Notes: generated by a model from the sequence alone, not told the origin. A stretch of 64,000 nucleotides of DNA from Candidatus Poribacteria bacterium (GCA_965215265.1 OZ244048.1:4608001-4672000); one strand, 5' to 3'. Shown: positions 38,769 to 50,175, numbered from the stretch's first letter. Made by a program: numbers and translations.

Positions 38769-39443
38769 ATGCTTACACATGCAGCTGAAGACTACCTAAA
38801 GTCCATTTATAAGTTACAAGAAAAGGGTGATAAGGTTTCAACTGGGACGTTAGCACAATATCTCGACGTTAAGCCTGCCTCCGTGACAGGGATGCTTAGA
38901 AAGCTGAAAGAGATGAAGTTGGTACGCCAAGAAAAGTATCAAGCCGTGACACTAACAAAGGCTGGTAAAGCGATTGCACTGGAACTCATTCGGCACCATC
39001 GCTTATTGGAGCTTTACCTGTTTAAAGCCCTCGGTGTGCCGTGGGATGGCGTTCATGAAGAAGCTGAGAAGTTAGAGCATGTCATTTCAGAGGACGTGGA
39101 GGCACGGATGGATGCCATACTAGGCTACCCGACTGCCGATCCGCACGGGGCACCGATTCCGGATCAGAATGGGGTTGTAACACAAACGGACCGTACGCCC
39201 ATGACGGCCCTTAGCAAGGGACAATCCTGTGTTGTTGCTGAAGTCAATGATACCAATTCCGAACTACTCCGGTATTTGGGCGGACTTAACCTCTATCCTG
39301 GGACTGCGTTTCACGTACTTGATATTGCCCCATTTGAAGGACCTTTTACTATTGATATTGCTGGACAGCACATTGTCATCGGGCGCGAAGTCACAAAGCA
39401 TATTTTTGTCACCAATATCCACGATACAGAATTAACGGAGTGA
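38769..39443 (+). CDS. mntR: DtxR/MntR family metal-dependent repressor with FeoA domain
   Basis: EDYLKSIY, RHHRLLELYL, EAEKLEH, DPHG.PIP. Confidence 0.93.
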   Translation: MLTHAAEDYLKSIYKLQEKGDKVSTGTLAQYLDVKPASVTGMLRKLKEMKLVRQEKYQAVTLTKAGKAIALELIRHHRLLELYLFKALGVPWDGVHEEAEKLEHVISEDVEARMDAILGYPTADPHGAPIPDQNGVVTQTDRTPMTALSKGQSCVVAEVNDTNSELLRYLGGLNLYPGTAFHVLDIAPFEGPFTIDIAGQHIVIGREVTKHIFVTNIHDTELTE

Positions 39444-39525
39444 ATCAGAGCGAAAACCCCTAAAAAATCGACATCTGACGTTAGAACAACGGTGTATAAG
39501 AAAAAACAATCACAAGGAGCATCAA

Positions 39526-40659
39526 ATGCAACGACACGAGCAAAGTACGCCCGATCGAAAAACGCTCAAAATCTGGAAACATCATTTGCAGGATGAGGTA
39601 GATGCTCATTTCCTCTACGACGTGTTCGCGAGTCTTGAGCAGGATGCACATAGAAAAGAGATATTAACCGAGCTTGCCATTGTTGAAAAACGGCATATCA
39701 CTCGATGGCAAGAGATGCTAGATACCTATAAGGTAGTCTATAAACTGCCACGGCCGACAATGCGAGCCCGCTTGATGGGTTGGTATGCGCGTCGGGTTGA
39801 CAGTGAATTCACACTTACGCAAATGCTGAACGAGGAGGCAGGCGAAGTTAAAGATTATCTAATGCTGCATAAAAATAGCAAACTTACGGATGCGAAGAGT
39901 ATGGCACTCACCATGGCGAGAGAATCCGCCATGCATACAGGAGATTTGCAGCAACTGACAGGTGAGAGTCCCGAACCGTGGCATAAAACCGAATCCGGTG
40001 GAATGTTAGGGAACATTGTTTATGGATTTAATGACGGGTTGACAGCTAACTTTGGGCTTGTCGCCGGGGTGATCGCTGCAACTGCTGATACCTCGATCAT
40101 TTTGGTGACCGGCATTGTTGGAACTATCGCTGACGCGCTCTCTATGGGTGCTTCTGGTTACCTCGCTGCAAAAAGCGAACAGGAAGTATATGAGCACGAG
40201 ATTGGAGTTGAAAAAGAGGAGATCCGCCTGATGCCCGACTTGGAAGAGGACGAGCTGGCCCTTATCTATGAGGCGCGCGGCATTACAAAAGAACAAGCGC
40301 GAACTCTCGCTCATGAAGTCATGCAAGATCCGGAGAAGGCCCTCGCTGAGAAGGTACAGACTGAGCTCAAAATTGGTGAAACGCACACTACGCCACTCAA
40401 AGAGGGGTGGATTACCGGATTCGCCACGGCTATCGGGGCTTTTATTCCGGTTGCGCCTTTTCTCTTTACCTCCGGACCTCTTGCTATCTGGCTCGCTTTT
40501 AGCCTCGCTATGTTTTCCCATTTTGCTGTCGGTGCTGCAAGGAGCATCTTCACCGGACGTGGGTTAATTCGGAGCGGGGTTGACATGTTTGTGGTCGGGC
40601 TGGGTGTTGCAGCGGTTGGATATCTCGTCGGCGAGCTCTTGGAACGTTTCTTTTTCTAA
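39526..40659 (+). CDS. Ferritin/rubrerythrin-like domain fused to a VIT1/CCC1 transporter
   Basis: N-terminal E..H motifs (EKRH, ESAMH); GFNDGL, SMGASGYLA. Confidence 0.9.
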   Translation: MQRHEQSTPDRKTLKIWKHHLQDEVDAHFLYDVFASLEQDAHRKEILTELAIVEKRHITRWQEMLDTYKVVYKLPRPTMRARLMGWYARRVDSEFTLTQMLNEEAGEVKDYLMLHKNSKLTDAKSMALTMARESAMHTGDLQQLTGESPEPWHKTESGGMLGNIVYGFNDGLTANFGLVAGVIAATADTSIILVTGIVGTIADALSMGASGYLAAKSEQEVYEHEIGVEKEEIRLMPDLEEDELALIYEARGITKEQARTLAHEVMQDPEKALAEKVQTELKIGETHTTPLKEGWITGFATAIGAFIPVAPFLFTSGPLAIWLAFSLAMFSHFAVGAARSIFTGRGLIRSGVDMFVVGLGVAAVGYLVGELLERFFF

Positions 40660-40842
40660 AAGGGTATGAAGAATTTAACGCTCGGATGGCGGGGTTCGGT
40701 TTTCTTTCTCTCTCCTTCAGGAGAGAGAAGAATACCTTATCCCCGCCACCACTGGTTTACACGGATTGTCCAGAAAAAACAGAAAAAAAATCCGGCACCT
40801 CAAACCGGACAATGCAATATCAGACAGAGATTGGAAAACAGA

Positions 40843-41886
40843 ATGATAGAGAAAATAGACAAGATAGCGGGCCAAAGCCGCTTCGATGAGATTCGCACAC
40901 GGTTTTTCCGGCTAATCTCGCCTGAGTGCTTTAATAGACGAAAAGTCGCTTTTTTAGCAGTATGCTTCCTAACGATGCTGGCAAGTGTCGGCTGTGAACC
41001 CCAAAAACAGCCAGATGCTGCGACATCAGAAAAATTGAAGGTTGTTACGACTATCGGCATGATTACGGATATTGTCAAGAATGTTGGCAGTGAACACGCT
41101 GAGGTGATTGGACTTATGGGGCCCGGTGTCGATCCGCACCTATATAAGGCGACTGCAGGAGACATAAATCGACTGAAGGCCGCAAAACTCGTTTTCTATA
41201 ACGGCCTGCACTTGGAATCGAAAATGGGGGAGGTACTTGCTAAGACAACGGGAAACACGCGAGCCGTCGCAGTCACAGATGCTGTAGATAGGACACGACT
41301 CTTGGCACCACCTGAATTTGAGGGACAATACGACCCGCACTTATGGTTTGATGTGACGCTGTGGATGAAAGCCGTTGAAACGGTACAAAAGACACTCAGC
41401 GAAGTCGATCCGGGGCATGCAACTGATTATCGCTCCAACGCGGAACGTTACCTCGATAAACTCGCTGAATTACATGAATACGTCAAATCAGAGGTGGCGA
41501 AGGTAGCACCTGAACAACGTGTCTTGGTAACAGCACACGATGCTTTTAATTACTTTGGTAAAGCATACGGGTTTGAGGTGCGCGGCCTACAGGGGATTAG
41601 CACAGCAACAGAGGCAGGCATCGCGGATGTTCAGGAATTGGCAGCTTTTATCGCAGAACGGCGCATTCCCGCAATTTTTGTTGAGTCTTCGGTTTCTTCT
41701 CGGAGCATTGAGGCTGTGAAAGCCGCTGTTAAGTCCAGAGGCTTTGAGGTCGACATTGGCGGTGAGCTTTTCTCAGACGCAATGGGTACCGTTGGAACGC
41801 CTGAGGGCACCTATATCGGCATGGTCCGCCACAATATTGATACGATTGTGAAAGCCCTGACAAAAGCGTCTGTAGACGAGCAATGA
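40843..41886 (+). CDS. troA: Mn/Zn/Fe ABC substrate-binding lipoprotein (TroA/MntA); start uncertain
   Basis: Lipobox VGC; GVDPHLY, DPHLW, HDAFNYF, FSDAMG. Confidence 0.92.
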   Translation: MIEKIDKIAGQSRFDEIRTRFFRLISPECFNRRKVAFLAVCFLTMLASVGCEPQKQPDAATSEKLKVVTTIGMITDIVKNVGSEHAEVIGLMGPGVDPHLYKATAGDINRLKAAKLVFYNGLHLESKMGEVLAKTTGNTRAVAVTDAVDRTRLLAPPEFEGQYDPHLWFDVTLWMKAVETVQKTLSEVDPGHATDYRSNAERYLDKLAELHEYVKSEVAKVAPEQRVLVTAHDAFNYFGKAYGFEVRGLQGISTATEAGIADVQELAAFIAERRIPAIFVESSVSSRSIEAVKAAVKSRGFEVDIGGELFSDAMGTVGTPEGTYIGMVRHNIDTIVKALTKASVDEQ

Positions 41887-41984
41887 AACGTGTAACCGCA
41901 CAGCTTGAGTTGCGAGAGAGGTATTCTTTTTCTGTCCATGAGAAAAGATAACCTTTTACTCGCAACCCATTGGGAGGAGTCAGC

Positions 41985-42728
41985 ATGCAAGCATCTGAAC
42001 CAAAAGCAATTGAGGTGACAGATTTGACGGTCGCGTATCACGAGAAACCAGTCTTGTGGGATATCGACCTCGATGTGCCACCGGGTGTACTTTTGGCAAT
42101 TGTAGGTCCCAATGGGGCAGGTAAAACAACGTTGATGAAAGCGATTTTGGGCTTAGTCCGTCCTGCAGCCGGCAGAATCTTAATTTATGACAAGCCTTAT
42201 GAAGTGCAGCGCCGGATTGTTGGGTATGTGCCACAACGCGAAAGCGTTGATTGGGATTTCCCGACAGATGTATTAGACGTTGTGATGATGGGGCGCTATG
42301 GTAGGCTGGGCTGGATACGACGGCCGGGAAAAACGGAACAGCACCTTGCTAGGCAAGCCTTGGAGAAAGTCGGCATGGAGCTGTATGCCACTCGGCAGAT
42401 AAGCCAACTCTCCGGTGGACAGCAGCAGCGCGTTTTCCTTGCCCGTGCCCTTGTCCAAGATGCAACCGTCTACTTGATGGATGAACCTTTTCAAGGCGTG
42501 GATGCAACAACGGAGCGCGCGATTGTGGAGCTGCTGCAAGAACTGCGTGCAAACGGAAAAACTGTTGTCGTTGTCCATCATGATCTTCAGACTGTGGAAG
42601 ACTATTTTGATTGGGTGATGTTATTGAACATTCGCCGCATTGCGAGTGGCCCTGTTGCTGAAACCTTCACGCCCGAGAATTTGCGGCTAACGTACGGGGG
42701 GCGGATCGCTTTCATGAAAAATTCATAG
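41985..42728 (+). CDS. troB: Metal ABC ATPase (TroB/MntB)
   Basis: [25 protein letters not shown]. Confidence 0.93.
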   Translation: MQASEPKAIEVTDLTVAYHEKPVLWDIDLDVPPGVLLAIVGPNGAGKTTLMKAILGLVRPAAGRILIYDKPYEVQRRIVGYVPQRESVDWDFPTDVLDVVMMGRYGRLGWIRRPGKTEQHLARQALEKVGMELYATRQISQLSGGQQQRVFLARALVQDATVYLMDEPFQGVDATTERAIVELLQELRANGKTVVVVHHDLQTVEDYFDWVMLLNIRRIASGPVAETFTPENLRLTYGGRIAFMKNS

Positions 42729-42753
42729 CAGGAATTACGCTCACCTCTTCTCT

Positions 42754-42842
42754 AAGTGATTGAAGAATCATAACCTAGAACGGCTCAGACGAGATTTACA
42801 CACGAGTTATCAAAACAGAGACGTTGATGGTACGGAGATATA
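42754..42842. repeat. 89-bp intergenic repeat, copy 1, followed by partial sub-repeats to about 43000
   Basis: 88/89 identical to 45102-45190. Confidence 0.95.
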
Positions 42843-43002
42843 CAAAAAACACGAGCTATCATTACCTAGACGTTGATGGTACGGAGATATACAAAAAAGT
42901 TGCATCTTAGAGTCAATACATCGAAGGGCTCTGACGAGATTTTCACAGTCATTGACAATACATCAGGCGTTATCGGGCTGAAATATACAAAAAAACGAGA
43001 AA

Positions 43003-43986
43003 ATGGAAACTCTAAACAGTATTATACCTCTCGATTATACGTTGATGATTGTTGCCCTCGGTTCCGCACTGCTTGGCCTGGTCAGTGGTGCCCTTGGCAC
43101 CTATGCAGTTTTGCGGCAGCAGAGTCTCCTCGGTGATGCCATCTCACATGCTGCACTGCCGGGCATAGCGATTGCTTTCCTGCTGACTGGAAGCAAGATG
43201 CCACTGATTCTGGTATTCGGTGCTGCGGTTGCGGGATGGTTGGGAACCCTGCTCATTCTGAGCATCGTCAAATTAACGCGTATCAAGTACGATAGTGCAC
43301 TCGGGCTGGTGTTATCTACCTTTTTCGGTTTTGGTCTAGTTTTGCATACGCTCATTCAGAGAACTGGCAATGCGAATCAAGCAGGATTGGATACATTCCT
43401 CTTTGGACAAGCCGCCTCCATACTGGAGCGCGATGTGGTGACAATGGGCATCCTTGGTGGCATCGCAATCTCCGTTATGCTCCTCTTCTGGAAAGAGTTA
43501 AAGTTGCTTGTATTTGATGAGGGCTTTGGGACATCTGTTGGCTTACCGATCCGTGCGCTTGATATTCTGTTGACAAGCCTTTTGGTAATTGCGATTGTCC
43601 TCGGTTTACAAACAGTGGGTGCAGTTTTGATGAGCGCGATGTTAGTTGCCCCGGCGGCTGCAGCACGCCAATGGACAAACCGTCTCGGTCCTATGGTGTT
43701 CCTCGGTGCACTCTTTGGTGCAATTGCCGGTATAAGCGGGACAATTATTAGCAGTAGTGCCTCGCGAATTCCGACAGGGCCGACAATTGTACTGTGTGCG
43801 ACAACCGTCGTCGGATTTTCCATTGCTTTTGCCCCGAACCGAGGGCTTTTGTGGAATTGGTTGCGGCATCAACGCAACAAACGTAACTTCAAGATGTCTA
43901 TAAGTGAAACGGTTAACACTACACAGGTACGCACGCTGTCTCAGCGTGCAAGTGTATCTGTTCCGTCGAAAAAAGAATCGGTGTAA
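43003..43986 (+). CDS. troC: Metal ABC permease (TroC/MntC)
   Basis: LGDAISHAALPG, LFGQAA, P.GP.IVL. Confidence 0.92.
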   Translation: METLNSIIPLDYTLMIVALGSALLGLVSGALGTYAVLRQQSLLGDAISHAALPGIAIAFLLTGSKMPLILVFGAAVAGWLGTLLILSIVKLTRIKYDSALGLVLSTFFGFGLVLHTLIQRTGNANQAGLDTFLFGQAASILERDVVTMGILGGIAISVMLLFWKELKLLVFDEGFGTSVGLPIRALDILLTSLLVIAIVLGLQTVGAVLMSAMLVAPAAAARQWTNRLGPMVFLGALFGAIAGISGTIISSSASRIPTGPTIVLCATTVVGFSIAFAPNRGLLWNWLRHQRNKRNFKMSISETVNTTQVRTLSQRASVSVPSKKESV

Positions 43987-43992
43987 GAAAAA

Positions 43993-45099
43993 ATGAGTCA
44001 CATTGAAATTTTGCTGATTGCTACTGTTGTCGCAGTCGCATGTGCACTGCCGGGTGTATTTTTAGTGCTGCGCCGGATGGCCTTGATGGGTGATGCAATT
44101 AGCCACGCGATTCTTCCGGGCATCGTTCTCGCTTTTTTTTTAACGCACAGTCTTTCATCGCCGCTGCTGATTCTCGCTGCTGCCGGCACCGGGGTCTTCA
44201 CCGTTATCATCGTTGAATTGCTACAGCGTACAAAATTAGTGAAAGAAGATGCGGCAATAGGATTAACCTTCCCTGCGTTGTTCAGTATAGGGGTTATCCT
44301 GATTTCCCGCTTCGCCGGCAATGTGCATCTGGATATTGATGCGGTGTTACTGGGAGAGCTCGCTTATGCGCATTTAAACCGGCTGACGGTTGGTGGTGTT
44401 GATTTGGGTCCTGTGTCTCTGTACGTTATGGGGACGATTTTGGTGGTGAACCTGATTTTTATTTTTCTGTTCTATAAAGAATTAAAACTCGTGACATTTG
44501 ACAGCAGTCTGGCAGCCTCGTTAGGATTCGCGCCGGCAGCTATCCACTACGGATTGATGACTTTAGTCTCTGTTACGACAGTGGGTGCGTTTGACGCGGT
44601 CGGCTCTATCTTAGTTGTGGCCCTCATCGTTGGCCCGGCGGCCACGGCGTATCTCATGACAGACAGTCTGGCACGCATGCTGCTCTTCAGCGGCATCATT
44701 GGCAGCGTCAACGCGGTGACCGGTTATTGGCTGGCCCACGTTTTTGATGTCTCAATCGCCGGTGCGATGGCAACGATGACGCTGGTTATCTTCGGATTCT
44801 GTTTTTTGGTTGTTCCCGGACGTGGGCTCATTGCAATTCTGCGTCGCCGGCATCTGCAGAAATTGGAGTTTGCACAGACGATGTTAGTGATTCATCTGCT
44901 TAATCATGAGGCACTGCCTGAAGCTGCTGAGGAATCGCTTATCTCTCATCTTCATGAACACCTTCGTTGGGAACCGTCTTTTGCCTCACAAATCGTTAAA
45001 TACGCCTTGGGGAATCAGTGTGTCTCCTTGGTAGGCGGCACTTCACTCGCTTTAACAGCACGTGGACGGGGCATCGCACAACGTGCACTTGTTCAATAG
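43993..45099 (+). CDS. troD: Metal ABC permease (TroD/MntD) with soluble C-terminal extension
   Basis: DAISHAILPG, HLD.DAVLLGE, AFDAVGSILVV. Confidence 0.92.
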   Translation: MSHIEILLIATVVAVACALPGVFLVLRRMALMGDAISHAILPGIVLAFFLTHSLSSPLLILAAAGTGVFTVIIVELLQRTKLVKEDAAIGLTFPALFSIGVILISRFAGNVHLDIDAVLLGELAYAHLNRLTVGGVDLGPVSLYVMGTILVVNLIFIFLFYKELKLVTFDSSLAASLGFAPAAIHYGLMTLVSVTTVGAFDAVGSILVVALIVGPAATAYLMTDSLARMLLFSGIIGSVNAVTGYWLAHVFDVSIAGAMATMTLVIFGFCFLVVPGRGLIAILRRRHLQKLEFAQTMLVIHLLNHEALPEAAEESLISHLHEHLRWEPSFASQIVKYALGNQCVSLVGGTSLALTARGRGIAQRALVQ

Positions 45100-45101
45100 A
45101 A

Positions 45102-45190
45102 AAGTGATTGAGGAATCATAACCTAGAACGGCTCAGACGAGATTTACACACGAGTTATCAAAACAGAGACGTTGATGGTACGGAGATATA
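45102..45190. repeat. 89-bp intergenic repeat, copy 2
   Basis: 88/89 identical to 42754-42842. Confidence 0.95.
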
Positions 45191-45212
45191 TAGAAAGAGC
45201 GGAGATTAGAAA

Positions 45213-47576
45213 ATGCGAGCTGTTTCAATGTGCGTTCACAAAAGAGCAAAATTGAGAGTTCGTCCGTTTTGCTCTGACTTGCTTTGTCTAATATTCATTT
45301 TTCTTTTGTTGCTTGTCAATCCGCTCGGATTCGCTGACGAATCCGGTCTCAAAAATCCAGATGGGACGTGGAAATGGACGAATCGCCTCATTGATGAAAC
45401 CAGTCCGTATTTGCGACTGCACGCACATAACCCGGTGGATTGGTATCCGTGGGGCGATGAGGCGCTTGCGCGCGCGAAAACTGAAAACAAATTGATTTTT
45501 CTCTCCATCGGTTATTCTACTTGCTACTGGTGCCATGTCATGGAACGGAGAGTCTTCTCAAATCCGGGGATCGCTGCACAGATGAATGCACAGTTTATCA
45601 ATATCAAAATTGATCGGGAGGAGCGGCCTGACTTAGATGAAATCTATATGACAGCAACGCAGTTATTGACAGGTAGCGGTGGATGGCCGACTTCGGTGTT
45701 TCTCACACCAGATTTAGAGCCGTTCTATGCTGGGACCTATTTTCCGCCTACAGATGTACCGGGTAGACCGGGGTTCCCAACCATTCTGACAGCCGTTCAT
45801 GAGGCTTGGACAGTGCGGGAATCAGAAGTTATTGTAGCAGCGAGGGAAATTGTCACTGCGATTGAAAATGCGATGAGCCGAAGGTTCAGTCCAATTTTAT
45901 CTAAACTTCCAGAGCGAGGGCTCGTCGAGACTGCCGTAGAGAAACTTACAAGCAGCTACAGTCAAGCATACGGTGGTTTTGACGGTGCACCGAAATTCCC
46001 TAGTCCTGCCAATTTGGAGTTTCTGCTGAGCGAATGGGAAACCCAGTTAGGAAGTGGTTCAGTCGGATCTTACGAAAAAATGATAACGCATACGCTCGAT
46101 AGGATGGCGTACGGCGGCATCTACGACCAGCTCGGCGGTGGGTTTCATCGGTATTCAGTTGACGAAAAATGGCTAGTCCCACACTTTGAGAAGATGCTCT
46201 ACGACAACGCGCTACTCGCAAAAATCTATCTCCGCATCTATGTCTTAACCCAAGAACCGCGCTATAAACGGATAGCAACTGAGATTTTCTCTTTCATTTT
46301 CCGAGAGATGACAGCTCCTGAAGGTGGATTTTATTCGGCAATAGATGCTGAGACGGATGCAGAAGAGGGAAAATACTATGTCTGGAGCACCACTGAAATC
46401 GATGAAATACTAGGGAAGCAGCATGCAAAACAGTTCAAAAAGGTTTACGGTATAGATAAGGGGCCCAACTTTGAAGGAAAAAATGTTTTGTATATCCCAA
46501 GTGGGACAGACGAGGAGACTCTCAAGGCAGTTGCGTCGGAACGTGAAACCTTGTTAGCAGCGCGTGCCTTCCGTGAACGTCCGCTTCTCGACACGAAGAT
46601 TCTAGTGAACTGGAATGGCTTGATGATAGATGCCCTGGCCTACGGTTATGAGGTACTACGCGAGGAACAGTACCTCCAGGCAGCGCAGAAAGCTGCTCGG
46701 TTTATTCTAAAAAAATTAAGACAGCCTGATGGCGGGTTATGGCATACTTATACGGAAGGGATTGTGAAATACGACGGTTATCTTGTCGATTATGCATTTT
46801 TTGTCCGCGGTCTATTAGGACTGTATCAAGCCACGGGCGAACCGCTTTGGTTGCAGGAGGCAAAAGCGTTAACGAATACGATGATTGAACGTTTTTGGGA
46901 TGACAAGAACGGAGGGTTCTTTTTTACACAAGCCGATGCAGAAGACCTCATCGTCCGAACGAAGAACCCTTACGATTCCGCGCTCCCTTCCGGCAACGCT
47001 GTGGCTGTCAATAATCTGATAACTTTGTCGAGACAACCGTCTACGAAAAATTATCAACAACGTGCCGAAGAAACCTTTATCAGTTTTAGTACCGCGATGG
47101 AACAATACCCTACATCTTTCATGCACATGCTCTCCGTCCTGAACCGTTACCTCTCGAAATCGAAAAGGACGGCATCGTCAGAGCATATCACTGCAGCGGC
47201 ATCTATCCGCTTGACCGGACAGATTTTTAAGGTCGAACTGAACGTCAAAATTGCGGAAGGATGGCACATTAACACCAATCCGGCCGCCCAACCGAATCTG
47301 ATTCCGACGGCTGTTACCGTCGACGCAGCTGCCCCTGTGGAGCTCGTTTCCGTTAAATATCCGCGGGGGGCAGCTGCGCATTTTACGTTCAGTGATGATG
47401 CCTTAACAGTTTACGAAGGAGAGATAACGATTTCTGTACAATTGAGACGCAAACCGAAAGAGGCATCTGATGCAGCGTCCCCGGTCGCACTGCACCTCAC
47501 GTATCAGCCGTGTAACGACACACAATGTTTGCTGCCGAATGTGTTGGAGATTCCGTTAGCGTTACCGGAAGAGTAG
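45213..47576 (+). CDS. DUF255/YyaL thioredoxin-domain protein with signal peptide and C-terminal DsbD-N-like domain
   Basis: [30 protein letters not shown]; GWHIN...YEG...YQPCNDTQC. Confidence 0.92.
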   Translation: MRAVSMCVHKRAKLRVRPFCSDLLCLIFIFLLLLVNPLGFADESGLKNPDGTWKWTNRLIDETSPYLRLHAHNPVDWYPWGDEALARAKTENKLIFLSIGYSTCYWCHVMERRVFSNPGIAAQMNAQFINIKIDREERPDLDEIYMTATQLLTGSGGWPTSVFLTPDLEPFYAGTYFPPTDVPGRPGFPTILTAVHEAWTVRESEVIVAAREIVTAIENAMSRRFSPILSKLPERGLVETAVEKLTSSYSQAYGGFDGAPKFPSPANLEFLLSEWETQLGSGSVGSYEKMITHTLDRMAYGGIYDQLGGGFHRYSVDEKWLVPHFEKMLYDNALLAKIYLRIYVLTQEPRYKRIATEIFSFIFREMTAPEGGFYSAIDAETDAEEGKYYVWSTTEIDEILGKQHAKQFKKVYGIDKGPNFEGKNVLYIPSGTDEETLKAVASERETLLAARAFRERPLLDTKILVNWNGLMIDALAYGYEVLREEQYLQAAQKAARFILKKLRQPDGGLWHTYTEGIVKYDGYLVDYAFFVRGLLGLYQATGEPLWLQEAKALTNTMIERFWDDKNGGFFFTQADAEDLIVRTKNPYDSALPSGNAVAVNNLITLSRQPSTKNYQQRAEETFISFSTAMEQYPTSFMHMLSVLNRYLSKSKRTASSEHITAAASIRLTGQIFKVELNVKIAEGWHINTNPAAQPNLIPTAVTVDAAAPVELVSVKYPRGAAAHFTFSDDALTVYEGEITISVQLRRKPKEASDAASPVALHLTYQPCNDTQCLLPNVLEIPLALPEE

Positions 47577-47818
47577 CGTCTTGCACGTTTTTAGGAAGCG
47601 GTGCTGCTTTTTACGTCTCCTTCAATTCAATATTCTATTTAAAGAATTGTCCCTGCCACTCAACCGCTTTCTCGGAAACGTTCTACAAAAAATGGAGGGA
47701 AGTGAGGATAGATATTTTTTGTTTAAGAAGTTCTCCCCGCTTGCGGGGATGAATTCTTTAATTTAACGGAAATCTGCTATCATGATATACTTAGAATCTA
47801 TCAATAACCGTAATATCA

Positions 47819-48715
47819 ATGAACGATACAATTACTGCGATTAACGGCATTAAAGCAGGACATGCTACGAATACCATTGCATGCACCGGTTGCACAGTCA
47901 TCCTCTGTGAGGCAGGCGCGACAGCAGGGGTTGATGTGCGCGGGGCTGCCCCCGGTACACGAGAGACAGAGGCAATTCGCCCCGGCCGCTTGGTGCAGCA
48001 GGTTCACGCTGTTCTCCTAACGGGCGGTAGTGCATTCGGTCTAGATGCAGCGGGTGGTGTTGTCCAATACCTTGAGGAGCGAAACGTAGGCTTTCCAGCG
48101 GGGCCGGTGCGTGTGCCAATAGTTCCTGCCGCTGTTATTTTCGATCTGGGTGTCGCGTCTGCCGAGCTCCGCCCGGACCGGCAGATGGGCTATCAGGCGT
48201 GTCTTAATGCGACAAGTGGGCGGGTTGAGACAGGCAGCGTTGGGGCAGGGACGGGTGCAACCATTGGAAAGGCCCCCGGACTTATTGCCTCATCGGGGGG
48301 TGTCGGTGCTGCGTGTATCCGGCGCCCGTCTGGTTTAATTGTAGCCGCGCTGATGGTTGTCAACGCCCTCGGAAACGTTGTGAATCCCACGACAGGCGAG
48401 ATTATTGCAGGTGGGAAGGAAGATAAGACCTTCGTTGATGTCACAGAGCGGCTTTTGGATGCAGAACTTTCTCCGGGCACAAACACAACAATCGGCGTTG
48501 TTGCCACAAATGCTTGCCTCTCTCCGGCAGAAGTCAATCGGGTTGCGGAAATGGCACACGATGGTCTCGCACGCTCGATTCGACCTGCCCACACGATGTT
48601 TGATGGAGATACGATTTTCGGGCTCTCTATCGGCAAGCAAGAGGCTTCGGTTAATACGGTGGGCCTGCTCGCAGCAGAGTGCGTGGCAAAGGCAATTGTT
48701 GATGCTGTAACATGA
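47819..48715 (+). CDS. P1/S58 (DmpA-like) peptidase
   Basis: DVRGAAPGTRE, GGSAFGL, NTTIGVVATN, HTMFDGD. Confidence 0.92.
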   Translation: MNDTITAINGIKAGHATNTIACTGCTVILCEAGATAGVDVRGAAPGTRETEAIRPGRLVQQVHAVLLTGGSAFGLDAAGGVVQYLEERNVGFPAGPVRVPIVPAAVIFDLGVASAELRPDRQMGYQACLNATSGRVETGSVGAGTGATIGKAPGLIASSGGVGAACIRRPSGLIVAALMVVNALGNVVNPTTGEIIAGGKEDKTFVDVTERLLDAELSPGTNTTIGVVATNACLSPAEVNRVAEMAHDGLARSIRPAHTMFDGDTIFGLSIGKQEASVNTVGLLAAECVAKAIVDAVT

Positions 48716-48768
48716 AGGGGTGAGCGCGGGAACAGAACCGGCGTACGACGCGCACGACAGGGCGAGGC

Positions 48769-50166
48769 TTAGTGCTTCCCTAGAGAGAAAATCGGTTCAC
48801 CTCGCATTGCATGTGGAACCTCAATACCGAATTCTGTTAGGACTGTGGGGGCGATGTCGTATAAACTTTTTGGCGATACACGTCCACAAGGTTCGCATCC
48901 GTTGCCTGTTTTGATAATAAACATGCCCATCTGGGCATGGTTGCAATCATCGGGTCCGGTATCGTTTTCGTAGGTATAGATGCTGTTGTAGCCGACACTT
49001 CCTACAGAACGCCAGGAGAGTTCTCCGAAATAGACGATGAGATCTGGTGGTATATTCTGGCATTCTTCGTAGACTTCCTCCGGTTTAAAGACGTGCGTGC
49101 CGATGTTCTTTCCGTTTTCATCTGTAATCGCCTCAAGTGCTGTTTTCAATTCATCACGTCTTTTTTCATAATCTTCAGGTTCAACTATGCCGCACGGTTC
49201 TCTCCCTTTGACGTTCATAAAAATTCGTCCGTAATAACCACCTTCACCCCAGGCTTGTGTCTTTTCCCAATCCACAAGTGCTGGGTTAAACGGTGTCTGT
49301 GCTTTCGGTTGTGCTTTCAAGGTTAAGTATCCGTGCCGTTGTAGCCATTCATTGACGCAGATGCCCCCGTCCATCCGTTTTGCACCGTGGTCGGAAACAA
49401 TCATTACCGTGGTGTGTTCATCAATGCGCTCTAATATGCGTCCCAATTCTGCGTCAAGCATTGCATAATATCGGTGCATCGTGTCTGCAAAAGGCGAATT
49501 CGGTTCGTGCTTAGGGTGCGTTTTATCCGAGAACCGCCAAAAGGCGTGGTGGAGCCGGTCGGGACCCATTTCCACCATGGCGAACAGATCCCAGGCTTTT
49601 GTGTGCAGCAGGTGCCGTGCCAATTTGAATCGTGCTTCGGTCATTTTAAACAGGTTGCGTTCTAATTCGGCGCGCAGGTCTGTCCGGAAGTTGGGGATAT
49701 CAATCATATAATCCTCCGCAACTTCTGATATTTCGTGCTTGAGTCGGTGTGGAAATGTCCACTGCGCATTTTTGTTTGGCGTGAGGAAACTGGTAACCAT
49801 CCATCCTTGAAAAGGTTTTGGTGGGTACGTGAGTGGCACGCCAAGAACGACAGACTTTTTTTGGTAACTCCCTAAGATGTCCCAAAGTGTCGGTACTTTA
49901 ACTGCGCTGGAATTGACGATGTAGAGGTTGTCATAGGAATAATCTTGGCGGTTGCGAAATCCGTAGATGCCGAGTTCCCCCGGAGACCTGCCTGTCATCA
50001 TGCACATCCATGCCGGCACGGTAATAGGGGGGATAGTGCTTTCCAATTCGCCGTAGATACCGCCTTGCATTAACGTTTGTGTGTTGGGCATAGCGTCTCT
50101 GAATTCGTCAAAGACGAGTTCAGGTGCAGCGCAGTCCCAACCGATAATGAGAACCCGTTTCTTCAT
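48769..50166 (-). CDS. Alkaline-phosphatase superfamily, type I phosphodiesterase/nucleotide pyrophosphatase
   Basis: IIGWD, STIPPITVPAW, DRLHH, SDHG, NH. Confidence 0.9.
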   Translation of the reverse strand: MKKRVLIIGWDCAAPELVFDEFRDAMPNTQTLMQGGIYGELESTIPPITVPAWMCMMTGRSPGELGIYGFRNRQDYSYDNLYIVNSSAVKVPTLWDILGSYQKKSVVLGVPLTYPPKPFQGWMVTSFLTPNKNAQWTFPHRLKHEISEVAEDYMIDIPNFRTDLRAELERNLFKMTEARFKLARHLLHTKAWDLFAMVEMGPDRLHHAFWRFSDKTHPKHEPNSPFADTMHRYYAMLDAELGRILERIDEHTTVMIVSDHGAKRMDGGICVNEWLQRHGYLTLKAQPKAQTPFNPALVDWEKTQAWGEGGYYGRIFMNVKGREPCGIVEPEDYEKRRDELKTALEAITDENGKNIGTHVFKPEEVYEECQNIPPDLIVYFGELSWRSVGSVGYNSIYTYENDTGPDDCNHAQMGMFIIKTGNGCEPCGRVSPKSLYDIAPTVLTEFGIEVPHAMRGEPIFSLGKH

Positions 50167-50175
50167 TTTTCCTTC

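Noticed and set aside
47728-47757. TCCCCGCTTGCGGGGATGAA hairpin resembling a type I-E CRISPR repeat
   Set aside because: Single copy with no spacers and no cas genes.
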